Assembly: GCA_964016885.1 (NCBI GenBank)
Contig: OZ024762.1
Span: 20,150,001 to 20,214,000, forward strand
DNA from: Eledone cirrhosa
Lineage: Eukaryota
Length of the DNA stretch: 64,000 nt
Reading direction: 5' to 3'
In this document: in pieces, positions 1 to 11,763 of the stretch
How the letters are laid out: every line of letters begins with the position of its first letter
How positions within the stretch are numbered: position 1 is the stretch's first letter
Position numbers and translations under genes: made by a program
The notes under the pieces: generated by a model
Seen by the model: the letters and a program-made list of their open reading frames with translations, nothing else
Databases searched by the model: none
What the model was told of the DNA's origin: nothing

Positions 1-910
1 TCAGAAAAATTGAAGTATTTATATTAGTAATAGAGGAAGAAACAGAGGGGATAGTATATGACAGATGGTAAATTAATTTACTGCTAAACAAGTATATAAT
101 GGGTTTCTAATGAGAATACCATGAGTAAATCTAAATAAGAATTTTGGGAGTGCCAATTTTAATCTCTACTCAACCAACTGGACAGTGGACAGGGCTGGTC
201 ATTTGGTGCAGTAGTATTAATTATAAAGTGTCAATTGGGGAAGGGGGAGATTTCGATTGCTACTAAATAACATCAATGCTAGTAGCCAGCTGGTATATGC
301 ATTAGGGAATTGAATCAAGAAATCAGAAATCTCATTTTATCTATAGCAGTTTGTATTAAAAGGTAAATGATAGAAGAGTTGATAGAATTAAGACTAATAA
401 AGAATGTTAATATCTATTTTGACAATCAAACGGAGATAGAGACAGGCGTTCAATCCTGGTAGTATTTATAATATGAAAATGTAGATTTTAAGCGATGGTT
501 ACAGTATAACGATCGCTCTATTCTGTTATTTAATAAAATGTTTTTGGATTTCATAATGCAAAATAATTCTACATTACATAATTTACAAATTCCTGTCCAT
601 GGGAATATGGGGGGGGTTATTTTCACATATACTTGTTTAGCAGTAAATTGATTTACCATCTGTCATATACTATCCCCTCTCTTCTTCCTCTATTACTAAT
701 ATAAATACTTCAATTTTTCTGATTTTATCCAATTTATCCAAAATCTCTGAAGAAGTGACAACTGATTATACATTTGCTATCGAATACTTGCTAACATTAT
801 ATGATTACGCAAGCAGCGATACATAGGTATTCCGTCTGTTACAGAAACATATGTCAATACCTAATAAATTCCTTTTAAAAAAAGCACTTTCATTTTATAT
901 TCATCCTTTC
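1..910 (-). mobile_element. Penelope-like retroelement remnant: endonuclease C-terminus, 3' UTR and inverted pseudo-LTR
   Basis: Minus-strand 450-626 encodes CKLCNVELFCIMKSKNILLNNRIERSLYCNHRLK, matching the PLE C-terminal pattern CxLCxxE..I..LLNKRxE..CxH. Bases 627-722 are the reverse complement of 1-96, the inverted tail typical of PLEs. The element ends in (TA)n. Confidence 0.7.
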
Positions 911-1028
911 TATATATATATATATATGTATATGTATATATATATATATTAGGATAAAACCAGTTTTAAACTAGTTAGACCATTCCTCAACAGAGTACTT
1001 GATATTTGGGATAGTAGAGTACGGCTAT

Positions 1029-1211
1029 GGATTGGCAGTATCGGTAGAGGGTCGGACGCCATGCTTTCCAGCATAGTTACGTCCCTTTACGGTCTGAGTT
1101 CAAATCCCGCCGAGGTTGACTTTGCCTTTCATCCTTACGGGGTCGATAAAATAAAGTACCAGTAATGCACTGGGTAATTGATGGACTTGTGCCAAAAGTG
1201 GAAACAATTAT
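1029..1211 (+). mobile_element. tRNA-derived SINE, family A
   Basis: A-box-like TGGCAGTATCGG, B-box GAGTTCAAATCC and body CTTTGCCTTTCATCCTTACGGGGTCGATAAAATAAAGTACCAG; many copies in the window. Confidence 0.8.
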
Positions 1212-1373
1212 AACTAGTCAAGGCCCCAACTCTTTATAATATGTATATATACCCCCCCCCCCCCACCACATATATATATATGTATGTAAAAGGTAAACAG
1301 AAATAGCAACACAATCGGTATAGTATATGGAAGGGATATATTAGGTTAATGCTTGATATAGCAGGAAGAGGGA

Positions 1374-1407
1374 CTTAACGTTTCGGACGCTAGTCCTTCA
1401 TCAAAAG
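1374..1407 (-). ncRNA. Minimal hammerhead-like motif (U3 variant)
   Basis: Minus strand reads CTT-TTGATGA-A-GGAC-TAGC-GTCC-GAAA-CG-TT-AAG. Stem II is perfect, stem III is the palindrome AACGTT and stem I is only 3 bp. Confidence 0.45.
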
Positions 1408-2005
1408 AAAGAATGAGAAATAATATAGATTGAGGGGTCGGGCCCAACCATATATATATATATGAAAAAATTTAGGATCTAACTGTCGAAATGGCCGGAG
1501 CTCAGCCGTCAGGGTATGAATCTTTTCACATTACCCACTCTACTACCCCAAGTATTGAGTACTCCGGTGGGTTATGGTCCACCTGGTATTTTACCACACC
1601 CTATCTGATATACATATATATGGTTGGTTGTAAAAACAAGAGAATCTAAGTTCACTAATGTTAAACCATCCCAAGCTTTGTTGAGACATTGATTATAGAA
1701 GCACCTTCTCCCTATCAGTTGGTAAACGACCTACACCTGCTGGTTATGGCAAAATAAATTGTGTAATGAGGGCGATGAAAATGTTTGATGGATGACTGGG
1801 TGGGCACACAATTCTTTCTAGCCAAGCCCTTATCAAGTTCTTCAAATACCACTTGAAGAGAATGGAGGAGTGGGAGAGTGGAGAAAGAAGAGCACCCTTC
1901 CAATATAGCTTTTATGAAATGTGGGCGAGTTTAAATTGTTCTTCCTCTGATTATGTGGTTGGAAACAAAAGACAAGAAACTGTCAGAAAGAACTTTTGTC
2001 TTTAA

Positions 2006-2226
2006 CCCTTTAGCATTTAAACCGGCTGTATCCGGCCAAAATTCTCTCACCTCTTTCTGTTCAAACTGACTATAACTAGCTGCTCATATTTATGTTAAGG
2101 TATTTTTCTCAAAGTAAATGACATCAAAATCTTCTAGATTCGGTATTATGTGAGATAATTTTGTGAGGTAAAGCATTTACTGTGAAAATACAATAGTATA
2201 TATAGAGCAATGTAAATGCTAAAGGG
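2006..2226. mobile_element. piggyBac-type MITE
   Basis: TTAA at 2002-2005 and 2227-2230; TIRs CCCTTTAGCATTTA / TAAATGCTAAAGGG. Confidence 0.85.
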
Positions 2227-2411
2227 TTAATACATCAGAATAATCCGGGACCTAGTGTTGTTAGGTTCTCCTCACTCCCAGAATACCCTAGGTGGTTTTC
2301 AGCCTTATTAAGGACTATTTATTGTTGATTTCTTTCTGTTTACATCAATGTACACCCCCACCATACGCACATCTCCATTCATTTTGTATTTTGTTCATGT
2401 ACGATCATGAA

Positions 2412-2797
2412 TACAAGTGGCTGAAATGGGATTACTCCAAAGGGTCTTTAGAGTAACGTTACTCGATAAAGTGTGTCACTCAGAGATCAGAGAGTCACTC
2501 CAAGTAGAGCCGCTACTTCTTCGAATTGAGAGACCACAGCTCCGATACTATGGTCATGTGGTTAGAATGTCTCAGGAAAGAATCGCTGGACAGATTTTAC
2601 GGGTCAAACCCACTGGCAGGAGACCCAAGGGTAGACCCCGAGCAAGAGGGTTGCATAACATCCATGAGCTTGGCTGTTCTGGCTTGGGGATCGAGCCAGA
2701 TCAGATGGAGACGATCGCTTCTGAGAGGGCCCGCTGGAAGGAGTGTTTGAGGATCCTGTACCCACAACCCTCACAGGAATAAGTGGACGAAGAAGAG
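2412..2797 (+). mobile_element. RTE-clade (Rex3/Expander-like) LINE 3' fragment
   Basis: Encodes AEMGLLQRV...VEPLLLRIERPQLRYYGHVVRM...PTGRRPKGRPR...W, the RTE ORF C-terminus. Confidence 0.85.
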
Positions 2798-2866
2798 GTT
2801 CATTTACTGTCACCAAAAGTCGTAGGCCCTTGTTCCCATTTAAAAAAATTGTTATTATCATGTGGC

Positions 2867-3830
2867 CTGGCAGTATCGGTAGAGCTTTACTGCATAGAGT
2901 TATGGTCCTTTACGTTCTGATTTCAAATTCGCCGAGGTTAACTTTGCCTTTCATGCTTACGAGGTCGATAAAATAAAGTACCAGTAATACACTGGGGTAA
3001 TTGCTACCCTTGTGCCAAAAGTAATATCTGAGTTCAAATCCCGCCAAGGTTAACTTTGCCTTTCATCCTTACGGGGTCGATAAAATAAAGTACCAGTAAT
3101 ACACTGGGGTAATTGCTACCCTTGTGCCAAAAGTAATATCTGAGTTCAAATCCCGCCGAGGTTAACTTTGCCTTTCATGCTTACGAGGTCGATAAAATAA
3201 AGTACCAGTAATACACTGGGGTAATTGCTACCCTTGTGCCAAAAGTAATATCTGAGTTCAAATCCCGCTGAGGTTAACTTTGCCTTTCATCCTTACGGGG
3301 TCGATAAAATAAAGTACCAGTAATGTACTGGGTAATTGGTGGCCTTGTGCCAAAAGTATAAACAATTATTATTATTATTAAGGGTGGTGGATATTGGCAG
3401 TATCGGTAGAGGGTCGGACGCCATGCTTTAATGCATAGAGTTACGGCCCTTGTCATTCTGAGTTCAAATCCCGCTGAGGTTAATTTTGCCTTTCATCCTT
3501 ACGGGGTCGATAAAATAAAGTACCAGTAATGCAATGGGGTCAATTTAATTGACTTTCCCCTCCCCCAAAATTTCTGGTCTTGTGCCTATAGTAGAAACCA
3601 TTATTATTATTAAACTTTGCCTTTCATCCTTACGGGGTCGATAAAATAAAGTACCAGTAATACACTGAGATAATTGCTGGCCTTGTGCTAAAAGTAGAAA
3701 CAATTATTGTTATAATTTTGCCATTCATCGTTACAGGGTCAATAAAATAAAGTACCAGTAATGTCCTGGGGTAGATTTAATCGACTTTTCCCCTACACTA
3801 AAATTGTTGGCCTTGTGCCTAAATCAGAAA
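2867..3830 (+). mobile_element. Cluster of SINE A copies including a 112-bp tandem array of the SINE body
   Basis: TCTGAGTTCAAATCCCG recurs at 3027, 3139 and 3251; further partial copies extend to about 3830. Confidence 0.85.
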
Positions 3831-3831
3831 C

Positions 3832-3864
<33 letters not shown>

Positions 3865-4243
3865 GCCCCTCCCCCTATAATTATGTATCTAAGATATCAT
3901 TATTTAATTTATGGGAAAATTTTAATGATATATTCCACTGGAGAGGAGTGAAAGTTCAGTTGGGTTCACTCCTTAATTATTAGGAAAGCCTGCAGGGCTT
4001 CATTTAAAATGAGTAAGATACAGTTGAGGGTGGAGGTGGATGGTGTAGCGTGAAGGAAGTGACTCTGGTCACTATATAAATGGGTCTAGTCACCAGACAA
4101 AGGAAATTATTATTGGTTTTATTGTTATCAGTGCATGACCTGTTGTTCTCTGGACTAAGTAGAATAAGTAGCATTCATCTTTTTTTTTCACCCAACTTTA
4201 CCAAAGCTATGTTTATATATATATATATATATATATATACACA

Positions 4244-4286
<43 letters not shown>

Positions 4287-4294
4287 CATGCATG

Positions 4295-4329
<35 letters not shown>

Positions 4330-4759
4330 TTATTTATTAAAATATATATATATACATGCACACACACATATATATATATATATAAATATATATAGTAGAA
4401 TAATCGAGTATCGAAAAATCGGCGCACGAGTTCACGATAAACAAAATTCGACATGAGTGGCAGAGGGCTCAATAATTCAGATAAATCAGAGCTATAACTA
4501 TCGTTAAAATACCAACACACAAAGATTATGTCTAAAATCACCCATACGACCGAAAAATTACGATCAGGAAGATTCGGGTCACTCAGATAAAATATCAATA
4601 AATCATATGAATGTAAAAAGCTTACCCGGACCCACTAGGAAGATGGTAAATCTAGCTTCTTGGGTTTCTGTAAATCCTTAAACCGTCCCCTATCAGCCCA
4701 CAAATATATATATATAAATATATATACATGCGCACACACACATATACATATATATTCAT

Positions 4760-4790
<31 letters not shown>

Positions 4791-4825
4791 CATACATATA
4801 TTCATACATATATATATACATATAC

Positions 4826-4862
<37 letters not shown>

Positions 4863-5119
4863 CGTGTATGTTTATATACATGTGTGTATATGTATATATA
4901 TACATGTGTATATATATATATATGTGTGTGTGTGTGTTTACGGTTACAATGTACTCTTACAGTCACACATACAAGGAAGATAAACATACAGACAGACTTT
5001 ACAAATGTGTGAAGATAAACAAAATAAAATTTTATTAAAAGGTCGGATGTCAGTGAGGTTATACAACATTAAAATTTGTTCTAAATTAAAACACACAAGA
5101 AATAAATAATAGGGTTTTC

Positions 5120-6050
5120 GGCTGAAATGAGGTCCTCCAAGGGGTCTTAGGAGTAACGTGACCCGATAGTGTGAATAGCTCTGAGATCAGAGAGCCTCTC
5201 CTGGTAGAGTTGCTACTTCTCTGAATTGCGAGATCACAGCTCTGATACTATGGGCATGTGGTTAGAATGTCTCAGGAGAGAATCTCCTAATTGAGAGATC
5301 ACAGCTCTGATACTATGGGCATGTGGTTAGAATGTCTCAGGAAAGAATCTCCTAATTGAGAGATCACAGCTCTGATACTATGGGCATGTGGTTAGAATAT
5401 CTCAGGAAAGAATCTCCTAATTGAGAGATCACAGCTCTGATACTATGGGCATGTGGTTAGAATGTCTCAGGAAAGAATCTCCTAATTGAGAGATCACAGC
5501 TCTGATACTATGGGCATGTGGTTAGAATGACTCAGGAAAGAATCTCCTAATTGAGAGATCACAGCTCTGATACTATGGGCATGTGGTTAGAATGTCTCAG
5601 GAAAGAATCTCCCAATTGAGAGATCACAGCTCTGATACTATGGGCATGTGGTTAGAATGTCTCAGGAAAGAATCTCCCAATTGAGAGATCACAGCTCTGA
5701 TACTATGGGCATGTGGTTAGAATGTCTCAGGAAAGAATCTCCTAATTGAGAGATCACAGCTCTGATACTATGGGCATGTGGTTAGAATGTCTCAGGAAAG
5801 AATCTCCTAATTGAGAGATCACAGCTCTGATACTATGGGCATGTGGTCAGAATGTCTCAGGTAAGAATCTTTGAATTGAGAGATCACAGCTCTGATAGTA
5901 TGGGCATGTGGTCAAAATGTTCCAGTAAAGAATCGCTGGACAGATTTTACAGACAAAAACCAACTGGCAGGACACCCAGGAGTAGACACCATGCAAGATG
6001 GTTGGATAACATCCATGAGCTAGGCTGTTCTGGCTTGGGGATCCAGCCAG
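5120..6050 (+). mobile_element. RTE LINE fragment with an internal 65-bp tandem array (about 11 copies)
   Basis: Homologous to 2412-2797. Unit TTGAGAGATCACAGCTCTGATACTATGGGCATGTGGTTAGAATGTCTCAGGAAAGAATCTCCTAA recurs from 5226 to about 5935. Confidence 0.85.
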
Positions 6051-6367
6051 TTCAGAAGAACTTTCTAGGTGCAAAACCCATGGTCATTCATGATCAAACG
6101 GGGTCTTTGCCCTTTAACCTTTATGAAGATCTGACAGGATAATCCACCAACACAAAGATGAGAACAAAACAAGAAATGTAAACACCAAAACTGAACTCTG
6201 AAACACTGAAACAATACTGACCAACAGTTGTAAATTCTAAAAATGGAAATTATGAACATGACACTTCATTTGTCGTATTTTATTGCCATCAATTCATTTA
6301 TCAGGGTTTATTTTTATTAGCATTTTGTTTTATTTTATTAACCATATTTATCAATTAATTTATTGTC

Positions 6368-6418
<51 letters not shown>

Positions 6419-6445
6419 TAGTTCCACAACAGTTAGTTCACCATT

Positions 6446-6488
6446 ACCGAGAACAACTGTTTCACCTTATTCGGATCATCAGCTTGGT
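6446..6488 (-). ncRNA. Minimal type I hammerhead-like motif
   Basis: Minus strand reads ACCAAG-CTGATGA-TCCGAATAAGGT-GAAA-CAGTTG-TT-CTCGGT. Stem I pairs 5 of 6 bp, stem III is near-palindromic and stem II is weak. Confidence 0.55.
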
Positions 6489-6490
6489 CT

Positions 6491-6539
<49 letters not shown>

Positions 6540-6599
6540 TGGACGTTAGAAAACGTTTTGTGGTGATATCTATCTGTCTTTCACACACAGTCTCTCTCC

Positions 6600-6712
6600 G
6601 TATTTCTCTTTTGGAAACATTTTTCCACGTTCAGAGTTGCTGAAGCATGGAACAGACTACCTGCATCAGTTGTTAGCTGTTGAGACACTGCGTCCTTTAA
6701 AACCTCCATGAC
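6600..6712 (+). mobile_element. CR1-like LINE 3' remnant
   Basis: Translates to KHFSTFRVAEAWNRLPASVVSC*DTASFKTSM, resembling the CR1 C-terminal RVxxxWNxLPxxVV...FK. Confidence 0.6.
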
Positions 6713-7240
6713 AGTGGTCATGTAGGTGGCACAACAAGAAGTACCCAGCCTACACTGTAAAGTGGTCATGTAGGTGGCACAACAAGAAGTACCCAGCTTA
6801 CACTGTAAAGTGGCCATGTAGGTGGCATTAAAAAAAACACCCAGCCCACACTGTAAAGTGGTCATGTAGGTGGCACAACAAAAAGCACCCAACCCTCACT
6901 GTAAAGTGGTTGTGTAGGTGGCACGACAAAAAGCACCCAACCCTCACTGTAAAGTGGTTGTGTAGGTGGCACGACAAAAAGCACCCAACCCTCACTGTAA
7001 AGTGGTCATGTAGGTGGCACAACAAAAAGCACCCAACCCTCACTGTAAAGTGGTTGTGTAGGTGTCACGACAAAAAGCACCCAGCACGCACTGTAAATGA
7101 GGTTGGCATTAGGAAGAGCTGTAGAAGCCAAATCAGAAACAGTGTGAGCAAGACACAGTTTGCTGACCCAACTTGCCTCAAACAGGACAACTAGTCTAAC
7201 TCATGATACGTTGGAAAATGGCCGTTAAACGATGATGATG
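6712..7240 (+). repeat. 48-bp tandem array running into a SINE B-type 3' tail
   Basis: About 8 copies of CACTGTAAAGTGGTCATGTAGGTGGCACAACAAAAAGCACCCAACCCT, then AGGAAG...GTTAAACGATGATGATG. Confidence 0.75.
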
Positions 7241-7709
7241 TTGATATACAGTAACCTATGTAATTACAAAAGAAAGTGGGTATTCCCTCAAATCTACTCA
7301 CCTAGAAATATTAAACATCCTCGGAAACAATCCACTAGTTTTCTTATTTCTACTTATTTTACTTCTTTTTTTTCTTTTCTTGTTTATCTCTTTTGTTTTT
7401 ATTTCTTATCTGTGACAGGGGGGTTAGGTGCCTTCCCTGAATAAATATCAGACAAAATAATCTCCCAATCTTTAATTAAATCAATAACAAAACACCACAA
7501 CTGAAAGCAAATAGAGAGACAAATGCTTTAGAAATTAACCATGCATGCATGAATATTTATATATACCTCCATCTGTAGTTCTTTACAATTTACACATGCA
7601 AACATACAAACACATTCACACCAGTGTTGGACTTACCTATAAGCTATAGCTTAGTGCCACACACCCTTGGGGGGAACACCGTTTTTTTTAATATATATAT
7701 TTATTTTTA

Positions 7710-7909
7710 NNNNNNNNNNNNNNNNNNNNNNNNNNNNNNNNNNNNNNNNNNNNNNNNNNNNNNNNNNNNNNNNNNNNNNNNNNNNNNNNNNNNNNNNNNN
7801 NNNNNNNNNNNNNNNNNNNNNNNNNNNNNNNNNNNNNNNNNNNNNNNNNNNNNNNNNNNNNNNNNNNNNNNNNNNNNNNNNNNNNNNNNNNNNNNNNNNN
7901 NNNNNNNNN
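7710..7909. other. Assembly gap (200 N)
   Basis: Run of N. Confidence 1.
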
Positions 7910-8133
7910 GGGAGGGTCATGCTGCCAATAAAAACACATGCACCTGTTAGTTTTCACTTCAATTTATTATAATCTCTCAGTCAGTTTAATAAACAGATAG
8001 TTGTTTAGTTGTTGATTGTCAAAACTCTTCATCACACATTCTGTGACCTTCTTAGTGACTACTTTTCTTGTTATTTTGTGTCTCTCCTTTGTTCTGCCCT
8101 ACACCATCTTGGTTTTTGAGCTGTATATATATA

Positions 8134-8169
<36 letters not shown>

Positions 8170-8209
8170 GATATTAAATAAATGGAAACTATATTTATAA
8201 AACCATATT

Positions 8210-8274
8210 TATTTCATTATACATATTTCAAGGATACCAAATTAAAATATGGTATGCCTTCATCAGACAAAATA
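8210..8274 (-). ncRNA. Type I hammerhead ribozyme (family H, left arm)
   Basis: Reverse-complement copy of 8407-8471. Confidence 0.7.
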
Positions 8275-8406
8275 CAATATATAAACAGTTTTATAAATAA
8301 TTTTGACGTACCCTATTAGAAGCGACCATTACTAGACAGCTTCCAAAAGTAATGGTCGCTTCTAATAGGGTACGTCAAAATTATTTATAAAACTGTTTAT
8401 ATATTG

Positions 8407-8471
8407 TATTTTGTCTGATGAAGGCATACCATATTTTAATTTGGTATCCCTGAAATATGTATAATGAAATA
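8407..8471 (+). ncRNA. Type I hammerhead ribozyme (family H)
   Basis: TATTTTGT-CTGATGA-AGGCATACCA...TGGTATCCCT-GAAA-TATGTA-TA-ATGAAATA. Stem I is 8 bp with 2 G-U pairs, stem II is present and stem III is self-complementary. Predicted cut after 8463. Confidence 0.75.
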
Positions 8472-8602
8472 AATATGGTTTTATAAATATAGTTTCCATT
8501 TATTTAATATCGTATATCTACTCCAAAAACTTGTCGAGTGCTTTATATCAGTTATAAAATATTTACTACTTGTTGTATCCCAACAATTTTAAATAGAACT
8601 TT

Positions 8603-8651
<49 letters not shown>

Positions 8652-8819
8652 CCATATTTCCCGGTGCCGAAGACACTTCGTCCTCGAGGATGCACCCTAA
8701 TTTTGACAACCAAAATTTTGAAAAAAAATAATAAACAACCTTCGGCCTCCAGGACACATGGTAGATTTTTGAGACTTATTTTAGGAAAAAAGTTGCGTCT
8801 TCGATGCCGGAAAATACGG
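8652..8819. mobile_element. Tc1/mariner-superfamily (Tc2-like) MITE
   Basis: TIRs CCATATTTCCCGGTGCCGAAGAC / GTCTTCGATGCCGGAAAATACGG, with TA context. Confidence 0.65.
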
Positions 8820-9362
8820 TATTTAGTTGCAAAGGACTAACTTGGAAGCTTCCAGTCCAGGGTGTTGCACACAATGACTAGATACATAGAGCCGTCTTTG
8901 CCTCATCTTTTCACTGACCTTTGGCAGGTCTCCATAACGGCCCATTACATTCTGAGTTCAAATCCTGCTGAGGTTAGCTTTGGAGCAGTAGGGAGGGTGT
9001 GGCTTTCTGCCCTGTATCGGCAGTCTTATTAATTTTTGACAGTCCGTGCATCCATAACCATAATGAGACTGACTTCCGGAATGGCCTTGAACTGGTGAGG
9101 GAGTTCATGAGTACTTGTAAGTCCATACTGACCCCACCACCACCACCGCCACCGCCACCACCACCATCAACTGTGGCCCCCATCCTGTCACCCCATCCTG
9201 TCACCACATACCTTATTACTATCAGTTCTACATTATTATAATGTAGTTGTCGTAAAGATGTTATGTCACATGGATTTTATCTGAACAGTTAGAAATAACA
9301 AAATAATACGTACTAACACACACACACATATATATATATATATAAATGTATGTGTGTCTGTG

Positions 9363-9411
<49 letters not shown>

Positions 9412-9544
9412 GTATGTGTGTGTGTGCATATATATATATGTATATATATATATATAAATGTATGTGTGTGTGCATATATATATATATATATGTATAGATA
9501 CATATATATTATACATATATATAATTACACATATATGTATATAT

Positions 9545-9790
9545 ATCATCATCATCATCGTTTAACGTCCATCTTCCACGCTAGCATGGGTTTGGACGGG
9601 AGGTTTCCCACTTGAGGCAAGATTTGTCTTCCTGCTCGTATAGGACTGTCTGGCGGGTTTTCTACGGCTGGATGCCCTTCCTAACACCAACCACGTTTAC
9701 AGTGTGGACAGGGAGGTTTTTACCGTGTTACCTACACGGCCACATTACAGCGTGGACTGTGTGTTTTTTTTGTCGTGACACCTACACGAC
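9545..9790 (-). mobile_element. SINE B-type 3' portion
   Basis: Reverse complement of ...AGGAAGGGCATCCAGCCGTAGAAA...GGACGTTAAACGATGATGAT; other copies near 25830-26085, 27040-27195 and 44548-44790. Confidence 0.7.
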
Positions 9791-9934
9791 CTCATTTCTT
9801 TCGGACTGGATGTTGTGGTACCAATATAACTTTACATTGAAAGGGGTGGTGTGGATGGGGTGGGTGTAGTGGGACGGGGGGGGGGGGGGGGTATTTTTGT
9901 TAGAGGTGCCTACTGACTGTAGGTTTTGCTTTGT

Positions 9935-10107
9935 ACTTAGGCAAGGCGGGTCTTCTGTGTTACTGTGTAGCGCCAAAGATCTCGGTCCAGTGACATTGTC
10001 TTGGAGAGGTGTAAGTGTGTGAGGTCAGAATTTATCATGTCATCCCAGGTTTTTCTGGGTCTGCCTACTCCATGGCTACCGTCTATTTTTATCGCCCTGC
10101 ACTTTTT

Positions 10108-10108
<1 letters not shown>
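9935..10108 (-). mobile_element. RTE LINE 3' end remnant
   Basis: Encodes KKCRAIKIDGSHGVGRPRKTWDDMINSDL...DRDLWR. Confidence 0.75.
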
Positions 10109-10147
<39 letters not shown>

Positions 10148-10209
10148 CATATATTTATATATATACATATATTTATATATATACATATATATATATATAT
10201 ATACATTAC

Positions 10210-10363
10210 TTAGCTGAAATGAGTACCAGCAATAGCTGGAGATTTAACCCTGCGATGGACTGGTGTCCTGTCCAGGGGGGAGTCTTGTACTCTCAGTCGC
10301 TTCACGCCTTGAAACCGTGATAAACATCGGCCAAATGAACCTTCTGGCTTAAGACAGACTTTA
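10210..10363 (+). mobile_element. SINE fragment with V-domain-like conserved core
   Basis: AAATGAGTACC...AACCCTGCGATGGACTGGTGTCCTGTCCAGGGGGGAG...CAGACTTTA resembles, from recall, the conserved block of V-type SINEs. Confidence 0.5.
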
Positions 10364-10780
10364 GATATATATATACATACATATACATTATACATACATA
10401 TATATATACACATACATAGATAGATACATACATATACATTATACATATATACATACCACCACCATCATCATCATTTAACATCCATCTTCCGATGATGATG
10501 ATATGTATATATGTATAATGTATGTGTATGTATCTATCTATGTATGTGTATATATATGTGTATGTATAATGTATATGTATGTATACCCCCACTCTCCTGA
10601 GCGTGAATTTAATAAACATTTATCGTTCTGCCTCTCTGTTCTGTCCCTGTTCAATTTTTCATTATATATATATATATATTTATATATATAAAACTATATA
10701 TTTATGTAACTATATATATATATATATATTATATATACATGTGTATATGTATATATATATACAACTATACATATACATAC

Positions 10781-10817
<37 letters not shown>

Positions 10818-10870
10818 TATATATACACACACACATATATATATATATACACACACACACATATATATAT

Positions 10871-10901
<31 letters not shown>

Positions 10902-11292
10902 CACACATATATATATATACACACATGTACACACACATACGTACACACACATATATATATACACACACACATATATATGTACACACACACACATATATAA
11001 ACTTACAATAACCAGAAGAAAACTAGAACAAAAATAACTAAGACAACAGCATAAAGAAATCCCAATGTAAAACTTCCCCAATGTGACATTGATGATGATG
11101 ATGATGTTGATAATGGTGATGATAATTATGATAGTACTGATGATGATGATGTTGCTAAGGTGGGTGACAACTTCTGAATTTCTGATGATTCACAATTCAA
11201 CCATTCCATTACACCTTCGTTATTATAACACACACACTACCCACCCCTATATATATATATATATATACATATATATACACTCACACCCACAC

Positions 11293-11364
<72 letters not shown>

Positions 11365-11386
11365 GCATATACTCACACACCCACAC

Positions 11387-11457
<71 letters not shown>

Positions 11458-11473
11458 CACACCCACACCTGTA

Positions 11474-11516
<43 letters not shown>

Positions 11517-11528
11517 TCACATCCACAC

Positions 11529-11575
<47 letters not shown>

Positions 11576-11634
11576 CATATATATATATATATAAGTATAT
11601 ATGCATATACTCACACACACACTCATATCTGCAC

Positions 11635-11698
<64 letters not shown>

Positions 11699-11720
11699 GC
11701 ATATACTCACCCACCCACAC

Positions 11721-11763
<43 letters not shown>

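Larger units (their letters stand above)
8164..8607. mobile_element. Fold-back PLE-like element (family H): palindrome with 170-bp arms plus 3' extension
   Basis: Arms 8164-8333 and 8348-8517 with a 14-nt spacer and one visible mismatch. 8519-8607 is homologous to the reverse complement of about 56700-56790. Flanked by (TA)n. Confidence 0.75.
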
